A DNA stretch of 64,000 bases from an uncultured virus (IMG/VR IMGVR_UViG_3300034061_003767) (IMGVR_UViG_3300034061_003767), one strand, 5' to 3'; counted from the stretch's first letter, positions 8,121 to 16,626 are shown. A program made the numbers and translations. The notes: generated by a model from the letters alone, not told the origin.

Positions 8121-8556
8121 AGAACAAGTGAAAACTTGTTGGTTATGTCGGGCCGAGTAGCCGGTAAAAACGGTAGTTGATGTCCTAGGAAACGTCTTCT
8201 ACAATCGGTCCTAACAATACAAACATCCGTGGGTCAAGCCAGACTAGATTGGGATAACCACTTCGATTATAGATATACATACCGTGTTGATCACTGGTCA
8301 AAAACTGTATATCGTTGCCTGTTGGGGTTATACAACGGGCTAGAAGTCCAATCTATGAGGGATAGCGTCCTCACCACGGCCAATACAACCAGTAACCGTT
8401 CCCAAGAGCCAGACCAGAGCGGGTCTTATGTGCTAGCAATGCCCGCTTTGCAGGGAGGATTTCCGTGGACGGTTTCCACCAGTTTTTACCTTGCTCCAAG
8501 GGTTCATAATATCGGAGTATTGGTGGGTTATAGAATCGGGGCGTAAACGATTCGCT
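8121..8556 (+). ncRNA. Large (~435 nt) multi-domain structured ncRNA, family unknown
   Basis: Own promoter 8087-8114; more than 15 nested helices including long-range pairs (see findings); no RBS-led ORF. Confidence 0.75.
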
Positions 8557-8601
8557 GGTTGACAAAATAAAAACACAGTGTAGAATACGAGAGTAAGACA
8601 T

Positions 8602-8688
8602 GGCGGGCGTAGCGTAATGGTAGCGTGTGTAAAATCGGTGGCAGAGATCTACTGTCTACACGAAATGGTTCGATTCCATTCCCCGTCC
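8602..8688 (+). ncRNA. tRNA-like RNA with extended anticodon arm
   Basis: Acceptor GGCGGG/CCCGTC, D-loop TAATGGTA, T-arm AATGG-TTCGATT-CCATT; 25-nt insert within GTGTA/TACAC; promoter 8559. Confidence 0.65.
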
Positions 8689-8691
8689 CTA

Positions 8692-8843
8692 GTCACCAAC
8701 GAAACTCCGATTCATTCGGTGTGCTACCCTCCATAATGAGATCATAGCCTATATTGGTGACACAATACAACTCTGCTGATAGTTTCCTTAGAAATAAGGT
8801 TGAATAAATATAGTGCCGAGTGCTTATTCGTAAAACTATCAGT
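8692..8843 (+). ncRNA. Two tandem three-way-junction RNA structures
   Basis: GTCACCAA/TTGGTGAC (8692-8761) and GCTGATAGTTT/AAACTATCAGT (8775-8843) with CCTTA-GAAA-TAAGG. Confidence 0.5.
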
Positions 8844-8962
8844 GTGTCGGCCAAAATGACAGGCCGAGCGGCCGATCTGCCAAAATGACAGATATTTTTT
8901 TGTGGACTTTGCGTATTGACAAGCCGATAATAGACTATAGAATACGAGCATAGGAGAGAAAC

Positions 8963-9136
8963 ATGAATCACGACCCATATTGGACATTCCCACAGTTTCC
9001 TGAGAATAATACTTGGGAGATTCGCTATTTGTGTTGGCGAGCGTGTGGCGAAACCAGAGAACACAGCACACGACTCGCTAATGAGGGACGTATGCCTGCT
9101 AACTGGTGGATGCTTTACAGAGATGATGGAAGGTAA
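8963..9136 (+). CDS. Small Trp-rich hypothetical protein (57 aa)
   Basis: Read manually: MNHDPYWTFPQFPENNTWEIRYLCW...; AGGAG RBS; promoter 8916. Confidence 0.65.
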   Translation: MNHDPYWTFPQFPENNTWEIRYLCWRACGETREHSTRLANEGRMPANWWMLYRDDGR

Positions 9137-9137
9137 A

Positions 9138-9338
9138 ATGAGAATAAGTAAAAAACAAATATCAGATGCTCTTAGTATTGATAGTGACGATCTATCGTCA
9201 AAGGATATGGGTATTGCATTATTGAACATTGAGAGTATACTTGATAGCGTTGCTGAAAACCTTGATGATGATTTTGAATCTGCGGCTTTGGGCGATGCTT
9301 CTAATCTAATACAAATGATAAGAGAGGCATTGACTTGA
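9138..9338 (+). CDS. Hypothetical acidic protein
   Basis: Internal ATG (MRISKKQI) coupled to upstream stop. Confidence 0.6.
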   Translation: MRISKKQISDALSIDSDDLSSKDMGIALLNIESILDSVAENLDDDFESAALGDASNLIQMIREALT

Positions 9339-9570
9339 CGATAAAGAATGGTATAATGGTGACAAATGAGAATCTTCCGTAAAATAATTCTGTTCTTGCC
9401 GTCTTTGACCATGTTCTTTCTGGCATACTTTAGTTTTATTTGTGATAACGAGGCTACACACTTTAGTTTTAGGTGGAAATAATGACCGTTAATGAGTTTA
9501 TTGACGAGTTTCTTGATCCAAAGTTTCAAGAAATATTGAAGATTGTGGAACAGGTTTTGGAGGAAAATAA

Positions 9571-9795
9571 ATGAACTGGCATTATGATAATCCTATTAGG
9601 GACCGTAAGTATCTTTGTTGTGTAAAGGGATACTCTGAACCTATTGATCTTCTCTGGAATAAAGAGCAGGGAGGGTGGGGTGATTGGTGGCATGGTGAAT
9701 ATGACGATGGTTTGGCAGAATGGGATCAGTTTGACAATGATCTAGTGGTATGCTATATTGGTTTTGATGAGATTCCTATGCCGGAGGGTTGGTAA
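9571..9795 (+). CDS. Hypothetical protein (DUF551-like, Trp-rich)
   Basis: GGAGG RBS; MNW...KYLCCV...IPMPEGW. Confidence 0.65.
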   Translation: MNWHYDNPIRDRKYLCCVKGYSEPIDLLWNKEQGGWGDWWHGEYDDGLAEWDQFDNDLVVCYIGFDEIPMPEGW

Positions 9796-10049
9796 TGGAA
9801 TGGCTTAGTTTTTTTGGTTATCGTCGCCCTATTAATGGGCAAAAGGTTTATTACTTTGGGCCAGATATTGGGGTATGGCGGGGAAGATATGAGATTCATA
9901 GAGATGATCCTGTGAGTGAACATATTCTTATTTGTGAAGAAAGTCCCGGTCTTGTGGATCGTATGGATGCTCCGTGGTGGATGCCGTATGAGGGACAACC
10001 AAAACCAAAACGACCAACTACCGATTATCCAGAGGATTACCCGCAATGA
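9795..10049 (+). CDS. Hypothetical protein (DUF551-like)
   Basis: MEW...WWMPY...P pattern; TAATG coupling. Confidence 0.65.
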   Translation: MEWLSFFGYRRPINGQKVYYFGPDIGVWRGRYEIHRDDPVSEHILICEESPGLVDRMDAPWWMPYEGQPKPKRPTTDYPEDYPQ

Positions 10050-10582
10050 TTACTATTTCAACCGATGAGTTTCGTCGTCTTATCGGCCATATTCAGGAGT
10101 ACCTTGACAATCCTAATCTACCTAATACAATGGCGAAGATTGCTATCGACACCCTAAAGATGTACGATATTGAAGCCTACGAGGAAAATGCAAAAAATGA
10201 ATGAAGATCGTGAAAAGGCTATGGTTACTATCATCAACTTTTTTAACTCTCGCATGGGTGCGATGAGCAAGAATAATGTAGATAAGGCTAAAGAGTTGAT
10301 CTCTACTCATGAGATTGCGGCTTCTGAACTGGTGGATAAATACGTGAGGCTTGTCTATGAAAACTCTTAGTGATATTTGTCCGTGTGGGGCGTGTGATGT
10401 TCTGGTGTGGAAGTATGATGATTATGGATTAATCTGGAACTTCTGCCAGCAATGCCATTGGTGGTATATCGACAACGATTAACTGCCATAATGGCGGTGG
10501 TCGCGGCCGAACTGCCAAAATGGCAGAATATTTTTCTTATAGAACGGTATTGACAGTGCCGATACTAATGGTATACTTAGGG

Positions 10583-10666
10583 AAACAATGGGCGGGGACA
10601 ACCACAATGATATCAAAGAAGGTTGTCTGAAATGTCCGTCGAGTATGGCCCAAGCCGACATTGTTT
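10583..10666 (+). ncRNA. Putative promoter-driven structured small RNA
   Basis: Promoter 10550-10577; AAACAATG/CATTGTTT, GGCGGG/TCCGTC, GACAACC/GGTTGTC, GGC-CCAA-GCC. Confidence 0.55.
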
Positions 10667-10769
10667 TTCCTAATCCTCCGGATTTGGCTGGGGTGGCTGT
10701 AGTCAGCGAAAGTTTAAAGATCTTGACAAGAGTTGGTCGATAGAGTATACTCTAGTTATAGGAGAAAAA

Positions 10770-10994
10770 ATGGATATGAGCGTTATAGCAAGATTTGAGG
10801 CTCTGGACAGACTTAGTGAATCTCTTACAAAGCAACAGATTGAAGATTTACAGATAGTTATTAAAAACACCAAAGAAGAACTAGAGATTTGTGAAAACTG
10901 TGGAGATAGTTGGGTTGGAAATACAGAAAAAACTCTAGAGATGCTTGCTAACAGTTTAAACTTTCAACCAGACTATCCTGAATACGACTATTGA
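10770..10994 (+). CDS. Hypothetical protein
   Basis: Promoter 10723, AGGAG RBS. Confidence 0.7.
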   Translation: MDMSVIARFEALDRLSESLTKQQIEDLQIVIKNTKEELEICENCGDSWVGNTEKTLEMLANSLNFQPDYPEYDY

Positions 10995-11025
10995 CAACTG
11001 ATAGCCGATAGAATATAGTATAAGC

Positions 11026-11451
11026 ATGAAACAGAAACCACTATACGGCGAAGTTCGTTTTCACCTTTCTAACGGTGAGCATTATATGCACTGGCAAGTT
11101 AAGGTTAAGCAGGGTGGAAAAACTGTTGATGTGTATTATTATGACCCCAAAGAATATCAGTTGGAAATGAGGGGTTGTAAGTTGTGGAACCGGCCGAATA
11201 AGGCTAAACAGGTATTTGAGGCTGGTGTGCATGATGTTAGTGGGTGGGTGCGGTGTGAAGAAGTTATGTTGAGGAAGGATTTTCATCCCGCTCTACCTAT
11301 TGACAATCTTGAGAAGTTGTTTTATAATCCACTTCGTGATCCACACTGGCGACGAGAAAGCGACAATAACGAGTTCGTTTGGGACGGTAGCGAGTATGCT
11401 ACTCTTCTGACTAACGGCAAACAAGTTTACATTTTGGAAGAAAGGATTTAA
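11026..11451 (+). CDS. Hypothetical protein
   Basis: 141-aa ORF after promoter 10991. Confidence 0.75.
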   Translation: MKQKPLYGEVRFHLSNGEHYMHWQVKVKQGGKTVDVYYYDPKEYQLEMRGCKLWNRPNKAKQVFEAGVHDVSGWVRCEEVMLRKDFHPALPIDNLEKLFYNPLRDPHWRRESDNNEFVWDGSEYATLLTNGKQVYILEERI

Positions 11452-11822
11452 TGATGATTAATCTGCAACTGAGCGTTCGTGAGGCTATGGAACTTGCTTT
11501 CTATGCTAGGGAGGACATTAGAGAGCGTATCACTCAGGCTTTTGAGGTGGCTTTGGGTGTGAACCAGCGTTGTACTGTTACGATCACTAGGGGTATGAGT
11601 TTGGATAACCGTATCCCGTGTATCAAGGCTATTCGCCAGTATACTGGTTGGGGTTTGAAGGAGAGCAAGGAGTGGACTGATGATCTGGTTGGTGGTTGGA
11701 AGGGCGATAGGTTCGTTCCTGCTACTCACCACACCAACAGCATCACTCTCAAGAATCCTGAGATGGCGGAAAATCTGCTGCGTGACCTGACCACTTTGGG
11801 TTGTGAGGGTTATCTCTCATAA
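11451..11822 (+). CDS. Ribosomal protein bL12 (L7/L12) C-terminal-domain-like protein
   Basis: NRIPCIKAIRQYTGWGLKESKEWTD resembles KI.VIKAVR..TGLGLKEAK; AE.L...L..LGC ending. Confidence 0.75.
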   Translation: MMINLQLSVREAMELAFYAREDIRERITQAFEVALGVNQRCTVTITRGMSLDNRIPCIKAIRQYTGWGLKESKEWTDDLVGGWKGDRFVPATHHTNSITLKNPEMAENLLRDLTTLGCEGYLS

Positions 11823-12050
11823 CTGCCAAAGCGGCAGGCGCCGCGGCCGATCTGCCAAAATGACACCCAAAAAATATTCACGAACGGCTGTTGACTTGCC
11901 GATACTCTATGGTAGAATGATAGCATCACACGACAAGACGCCAACCGATCACGACAACACAAAAGTTCGGATTGGCTCTTGACAAGTGATGATTGGGATG
12001 ATAAGATACGTTTGTTCGGTTTGATTAACACTAACTTGGAGAGATTTACC

Positions 12051-12305
12051 ATGAAGAAGTTTTCGTTTGTTGTTGATATTGTTGCTACTGATCTTGACCG
12101 TGAGGTTGTGGTTGATTCGATTGGTGATTGTCTGCGTGATGCTCTGCCGTCCGATGTTCATGCTAACGTCAAGGCCGGTGAGGTCAAGGCTTTTAGCGAG
12201 CAGGGTTATAAGGTTTGGCGGGCTAGGGTTACTGGCGTGACTGCCAAGGCTGCTGGCGATGCTCACAATAGCAAGGTCGAGCAGGAAGTCGAGGCTGTTG
12301 CCTGA
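12051..12305 (+). CDS. Hypothetical protein
   Basis: GGAG RBS, MKKFSFVVDIV; promoter 11979. Confidence 0.7.
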   Translation: MKKFSFVVDIVATDLDREVVVDSIGDCLRDALPSDVHANVKAGEVKAFSEQGYKVWRARVTGVTAKAAGDAHNSKVEQEVEAVA

Positions 12306-12328
12306 GCCTAGCATATCTACTATAATAT

Positions 12329-12369
12329 CCGATAGACCGCTAGTGGCGAACTGGCGGCTATCGGTTTTT
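12329..12369 (+). terminator. Intrinsic terminator-like hairpin
   Basis: CCGATAG-A-CCGCTAG/CTGGCGG-CTATCGG followed by TTTTT. Confidence 0.65.
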
Positions 12370-12371
12370 AT

Positions 12372-12443
12372 GGCCCCATAGTTAAATGGATATAACAACT
12401 GCCTTCTAAGCAGTTATTGGAGGTTCGATTCCTCCTGGGGCTA
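12372..12443 (+). tRNA. trnR: tRNA-Arg(TCT)
   Basis: Cloverleaf; ACTGC-CT TCT AA-GCAGT. Confidence 0.95.
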
Positions 12444-12565
12444 TTATCCTGCCAAAACGGCAGGCTCCGCGGCCGATCTGCCAAAATGGCAGCTATTTTT
12501 CTTCAAGTTTTTTTGCTTGACAAGCCGATATTCTATTGTAGAATCAGTAGCACAGGAGACATAAA

Positions 12566-13270
12566 ATGAAAACAGCAGACGGTAACGATAAGTTGGGCAA
12601 GGGTTGCATTGTGGTTTCGCGTCCGGTTGGCGATACTTGTCCGTCCGATTGCGACTATCTCAATAATGGCTGCTATGCTGAGGCTACGGAAAATCAGTAT
12701 AAAAATGCTCGTACTGCCGGGTTTGCTAATCTAGTCACGGAAAAGCATAAAATCCGTGCTATGATTCTTGACGCTAAGAAGCGTAAAAAGTCTATTCGCT
12801 GGCACGAACGTGGCGACTGGTTTCTCAATGGCGAACTTGACCTAGACTATGTTGCTAATGTAACGTGGGCGTGTGAGAGTATTCTTGCCGATGGTGATAG
12901 TCTGCCTGATATGTGGTTTTATACCCATATTTATGATAGTCGGCTTGTTGCACTGGAAAAGTATATGAACGTATATGCTAGTGTGCATGATGATAATGAT
13001 ATGGGCGAGGCTATGGCACAAGGCTTCAAACTGTTCGCATGGTGCGATAGCGATATGAAAATCGCCCCGAAGCGTCCAAAGAGTAAAGTCAAGGCGGAAG
13101 CATGGAGGAAAGCGTTGCCCAAACTTGTTGTGCTGAATGGTAGCAAGTTTGTAACGTGTCCGGAAATCCGTCGTGGTCGGTCAGAAATCACTTGCACTGG
13201 CACGAAAGATAGTATATCATGCGACTTGTGCGTTCGCGGTTTGGCTAATGTTCTATTCCCTGCCCATTGA
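12566..13270 (+). CDS. Gp88-like Cys-rich phage protein (radical-SAM-related fold)
   Basis: TCPSDC...GCYA, IRWHERGDW, WFYTH, C-terminal CP...C...CDLC. Confidence 0.6.
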   Translation: MKTADGNDKLGKGCIVVSRPVGDTCPSDCDYLNNGCYAEATENQYKNARTAGFANLVTEKHKIRAMILDAKKRKKSIRWHERGDWFLNGELDLDYVANVTWACESILADGDSLPDMWFYTHIYDSRLVALEKYMNVYASVHDDNDMGEAMAQGFKLFAWCDSDMKIAPKRPKSKVKAEAWRKALPKLVVLNGSKFVTCPEIRRGRSEITCTGTKDSISCDLCVRGLANVLFPAH

Positions 13271-13277
13271 GGATAAT

Positions 13278-13520
13278 ATGAAAAGTTTTACATATAAATG
13301 TCTGCCGATTGCAGAAGTGTGCGAATATAACGACTTGCTTTTGATGGATGTTATGGATGCTATTTGTGATAGTGATATTAGTTTTGGTACTAACTATGAT
13401 ACTATTATCTCTCACACTCAACTAGAAAGTATTCTGGAAGATGCTGGTATTGCTATCGACGGATTAGATTATAATAATCACGATGCTGATGGATTAGTTC
13501 TTATCGCCTTGGGGAGTTGA
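13278..13520 (+). CDS. Hypothetical protein
   Basis: GAGGA RBS, MKSFTYKCL. Confidence 0.6.
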   Translation: MKSFTYKCLPIAEVCEYNDLLLMDVMDAICDSDISFGTNYDTIISHTQLESILEDAGIAIDGLDYNNHDADGLVLIALGS

Positions 13521-13524
13521 GCAG

Positions 13525-13770
13525 ATGAGTAAGTGGTATGTAAAAAGTAATACGGTCGAAAAGATTGTTAGTATTCCTCATAGTAGTCCTATGATGGCTG
13601 CTATTCAGGTGTTTAATGATACTAATGAGTTTGATATTTTTGACGAATATTTTTATGTGGACGAACGTGGATTCCGTGACTATACAAATGCTGATAGTTT
13701 AACCCAGATTATTAAAACGCCCAAAGTTATGATTCGTGCTAAAGAGCAACAGGAGGAAGATCTGCCATAA
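13525..13770 (+). CDS. Hypothetical protein
   Basis: ORF track, GGAG RBS. Confidence 0.65.
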   Translation: MSKWYVKSNTVEKIVSIPHSSPMMAAIQVFNDTNEFDIFDEYFYVDERGFRDYTNADSLTQIIKTPKVMIRAKEQQEEDLP

Positions 13771-14280
13771 TGGCAGCCTCCGCGGGCCAACTGCCAAAAT
13801 GGCATTAAAGTTCCAAGCCGATCATGCCGATAATATCCGTATGGACGAGAAAAAGGATTTGACAAGGATAACACTTATGCTACAATGGATTGGTGTGATT
13901 GTTGCTATTTTAGGCTTTGCTTATAATGGTGTAAAAGATTATCAAAAGGGTGAGATTAAACTTCCTGCTTTGCAACAAAAACAGGAGTTGACAAAAACGA
14001 ATCATCCGATACAATATTGTTTAATGGCATACGACCCTAATCTAAATAAAGTTTTCTATCAGCACGAAAATGGACAATGGTATGATTACGCTCCACAACA
14101 ACGACGATACGCGACCACGCCGCAAGTACGGCACTATTAAACTCAAGGTTAAGAAGCCTTGGGAAGTGTCTACTGGTCACAAGGAACACAGGGATACGCT
14201 TATGGATAATCGCCCCAAGCGACAGCGTACTCGCAAGGCTATTGACAGGAGTTGGCAAAGAGAGTATGATATGTAGTCTT

Positions 14281-14353
14281 GCCGATGTAACTCAGTTGGT
14301 AGAGTAGCGGTTTTGTAAACCGCCTGTCGGGGGTTCAAATCCCTCCATCGGCC
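14281..14353 (+). tRNA. trnT: tRNA-Thr(TGT)
   Basis: Cloverleaf; GCGGT-TT TGT AA-ACCGC. Confidence 0.95.
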
Positions 14354-14354
14354 C

Positions 14355-14425
14355 TCCGAGATGGTGAAACGGTATCACAGAGGACTTTGGATCCTTTATT
14401 CTACGTTCGAATCGTAGTCTCGGAA
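14355..14425 (+). tRNA. trnQ: tRNA-Gln(TTG)
   Basis: Cloverleaf; GAGGA-CT TTG GA-TCCTT. Confidence 0.93.
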
Positions 14426-14453
14426 TCGGAGGCTGACGTTTGAGTTGCGATGG

Positions 14454-14525
14454 TGGCGAGTAGCACAACGGTAGTGCAAGCGGCTGTTAACCGCTAGGTT
14501 ACAGGTTCGAATCCTGTCTCGCCAG
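14454..14525 (+). tRNA. trnN: tRNA-Asn(GTT)
   Basis: Cloverleaf; AGCGG-CT GTT AA-CCGCT. Confidence 0.95.
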
Positions 14526-14626
14526 TTTCAGCTAATCCTACGGATTTGGTTGTGGTGGTTGTAGTCAGCGAAAATCTCAAGTGTGTGGTGTTGACAAACC
14601 GATAATATCTGATATACTGCTGATAT

Positions 14627-14699
14627 GGATCTCTAACTCAATCGGTAGAGTAGCGGCCTTTTAAGCCGTAGGTTCTGGGTTCGAGTCCCAGGGGGTCCA
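14627..14699 (+). tRNA. trnK: tRNA-Lys(TTT)
   Basis: Cloverleaf; GCGGC-CT TTT AA-GCCGT; promoter 14591. Confidence 0.95.
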
Positions 14700-14748
14700 C
14701 TTGACAGTTGTTTGGTTTGGTGTAGAATAGAGCAAAGGAGAAACGACT

Positions 14749-14925
14749 ATGCCTGATGATGAATATGAGTTTCATTATGATAGTGTTGTGGAAGATTCCG
14801 ACGCTCTATATGAAGATGACTTTTTTGATGTGATTTTTGATGATGATGACGATTATGATTCTCCTGACCAACAGGACTATGAATATTACTATCATAATGT
14901 AGTGGATGAACTAGACAACGAATAG
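14749..14925 (+). CDS. Highly acidic Asp/Tyr-rich protein (58 aa)
   Basis: Read manually: MPDDEYEFHYDSVVEDSDALYEDDFFDVIFDDDDDYD...; AAGGAG RBS; promoter 14701. Confidence 0.75.
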   Translation: MPDDEYEFHYDSVVEDSDALYEDDFFDVIFDDDDDYDSPDQQDYEYYYHNVVDELDNE

Positions 14926-14938
14926 CCCTTTCTCGTCT

Positions 14939-15030
14939 GGTGGACGCAACTTGGTGGGACAAGTATTCTATACCTAGGCATAACGCCTTATCTATCCTTT
15001 CTTAGTACGTTCGAATCGTGCCGTCCATCT
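14939..15030 (+). ncRNA. tRNA-like RNA with non-canonical central region
   Basis: GGTGGACG/CGTCCATC acceptor, ACTTG-GTGGGA-CAAGT D-arm, GTACG-TTCGAAT-CGTGC T-arm. Confidence 0.65.
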
Positions 15031-15041
15031 TTGACTCTCCT

Positions 15042-15518
15042 ATGGAAGACGTAAGAAAAACAACCGAAGGCAAGTATATTCAGGGTGCTAGCCACACTTG
15101 CCACGTTTTGAATCATAAGGCTAGAAATAAGATTATTATTAAGGCTGTTTGTGATCTAAGAAAAATAGCAGATAGTTTTGATAGCATTGCCTGCTGCGGT
15201 GTAAGTGGATTGATGGTGGTTCCACAAATCGCAGAGTTACTCAACAAGAATATTGTTGTGGTAAGAAAGGGGGAACAATGCTATTCAGAGTTTCGTACCG
15301 AGGGAGTGGCCCCTTTTCAATATATTATATTAGACGATTTAATCTGTTCTGGTTCGACCGTTCGGCATATTAAAAAGGTAATCAAGGATGAATACTCGCG
15401 TTCTCATTGTGTTGGGGTGTATTGTTATCTGCCTAATGAATGTGCTTATCGTAACGATGAGGATGGTTCTAAACTCTGCAAGCGTGATCTCGGTGTTTCG
15501 CTCCTAAATATTGGGTGA
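15042..15518 (+). CDS. Type I phosphoribosyltransferase
   Basis: PRPP-binding motif YIILDDLICSGSTV; VVVRK. Confidence 0.8.
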   Translation: MEDVRKTTEGKYIQGASHTCHVLNHKARNKIIIKAVCDLRKIADSFDSIACCGVSGLMVVPQIAELLNKNIVVVRKGEQCYSEFRTEGVAPFQYIILDDLICSGSTVRHIKKVIKDEYSRSHCVGVYCYLPNECAYRNDEDGSKLCKRDLGVSLLNIG

Positions 15519-15661
15519 CTGCCACAATGGCAGCATCCGCGGACCGCCTGCCAAAATGGCAGAAAAGATTTTCTGGATTTCTAACGCTTGACAAGCCGAA
15601 TACATACTGTAGAATCAGCGTATCGGAACGAAAGAAGTTAGCCACCACGAAGGAGATTAAG

Positions 15662-16606
15662 ATGCCTGCTGCTGTTGAAAAGATGATGTTTGTTGGTGAG
15701 ACACCTTGGCATGGCCTTGGTAATCAGGTCGATGAGGGTATCGCTGTTAACGATGCTATTGTCGAGGCTGGTCTGGATTGGGAAGTGGGTCTGAAGGATT
15801 TGCAGACCGTTGATGGTACTCCTGTTAATCATCGTGCAACATATCGCAAGAGCGATGGTAGCATCCTTGGTGTTGTTGGACCTCGCTATACCCCTCTCCA
15901 GAATAAAGATGCGTTTGATTGGTTCCAGCCTTTCCTTGATGCTAACGAGTGTTCGATCCATACTGCCGGATCGCTCCACCTTGGTCAAAAGGTCTGGGTT
16001 CTCGCTCAACTCAACCGCGACAATAGCGAGATTGTTCCGGGTGATGAGGTTAGCAAGTTTATCCTGCTGAGTAATAGCCACGACGGTACAACGGCTATTC
16101 GTGTCGGATACACTCCGATTCGTGTGGTCTGCGTGAATACGCTGTCATATGCTCACAAGCATGCGAACAGCCAACTGATTCGTATTCGTCACACTCGCTC
16201 CAGCCAGAAGAATCTGGAACAGGTTCGTGATATTATGGACAATATTAACGCTGGTTTTGAGGCTACTGCGGAACAGTATCGGTTCCTTGCTGGTAAGCAG
16301 TTTAACCAGAAGGATATTGATAAGTATGTTAAGGTTGTGCTGAATATTAAGGGTGCTGACGAGGATATTAAGACTCGTACCCGTAATATTATGGACGATA
16401 TTATGAGCCGTATCGAAGGCCCAAAGCAGACTGCGGCTAATGTTCGCGGTACTTGGTGGGCTGCTTATAATGGGTTCAATGAATATCTGAACTATGGTAA
16501 GGGTCGCACGACTGACAACCGGCTCGATAGCCTCTGGTTCGGCCAGAACGCTAACGAGAATAATAAGGCGTTGGAATCCGCTCTGGAGTTTGCCAACGCG
16601 ATCTAG
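15662..16606 (+). CDS. DUF932 (TIGR03299 phage/plasmid-like) protein
   Basis: TPWHGLG, Y.PLQN..AF, LLSNSHDGT, TPIRVVCVNTL, IRHT, GTWWAAYNG motifs. Confidence 0.9.
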   Translation: MPAAVEKMMFVGETPWHGLGNQVDEGIAVNDAIVEAGLDWEVGLKDLQTVDGTPVNHRATYRKSDGSILGVVGPRYTPLQNKDAFDWFQPFLDANECSIHTAGSLHLGQKVWVLAQLNRDNSEIVPGDEVSKFILLSNSHDGTTAIRVGYTPIRVVCVNTLSYAHKHANSQLIRIRHTRSSQKNLEQVRDIMDNINAGFEATAEQYRFLAGKQFNQKDIDKYVKVVLNIKGADEDIKTRTRNIMDDIMSRIEGPKQTAANVRGTWWAAYNGFNEYLNYGKGRTTDNRLDSLWFGQNANENNKALESALEFANAI

Positions 16607-16626
16607 TCTTCCTTTCGTGGCGTGGT

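Noticed and set aside
8229..8546. 105-aa ORF from the ORF track
   Set aside because: GTG start without RBS, unlike neighbouring genes, and lies wholly within the extensively base-paired RNA
8121..8556. RNase P RNA or group I intron
   Set aside because: No GAGGAAAGUCC/P4 signature or recognisable P7 core, and no interrupted host gene
8692..8843. Hammerhead ribozyme
   Set aside because: Three-way junctions with GAAA and CTGATAG are present, but the CUGANGA/GAAA/UH core is not correctly arranged
15515..15661. N-terminal extensions of track ORFs (also 13736, 6124, 11979)
   Set aside because: They run through repeats and promoters; downstream ATGs have proper RBSs
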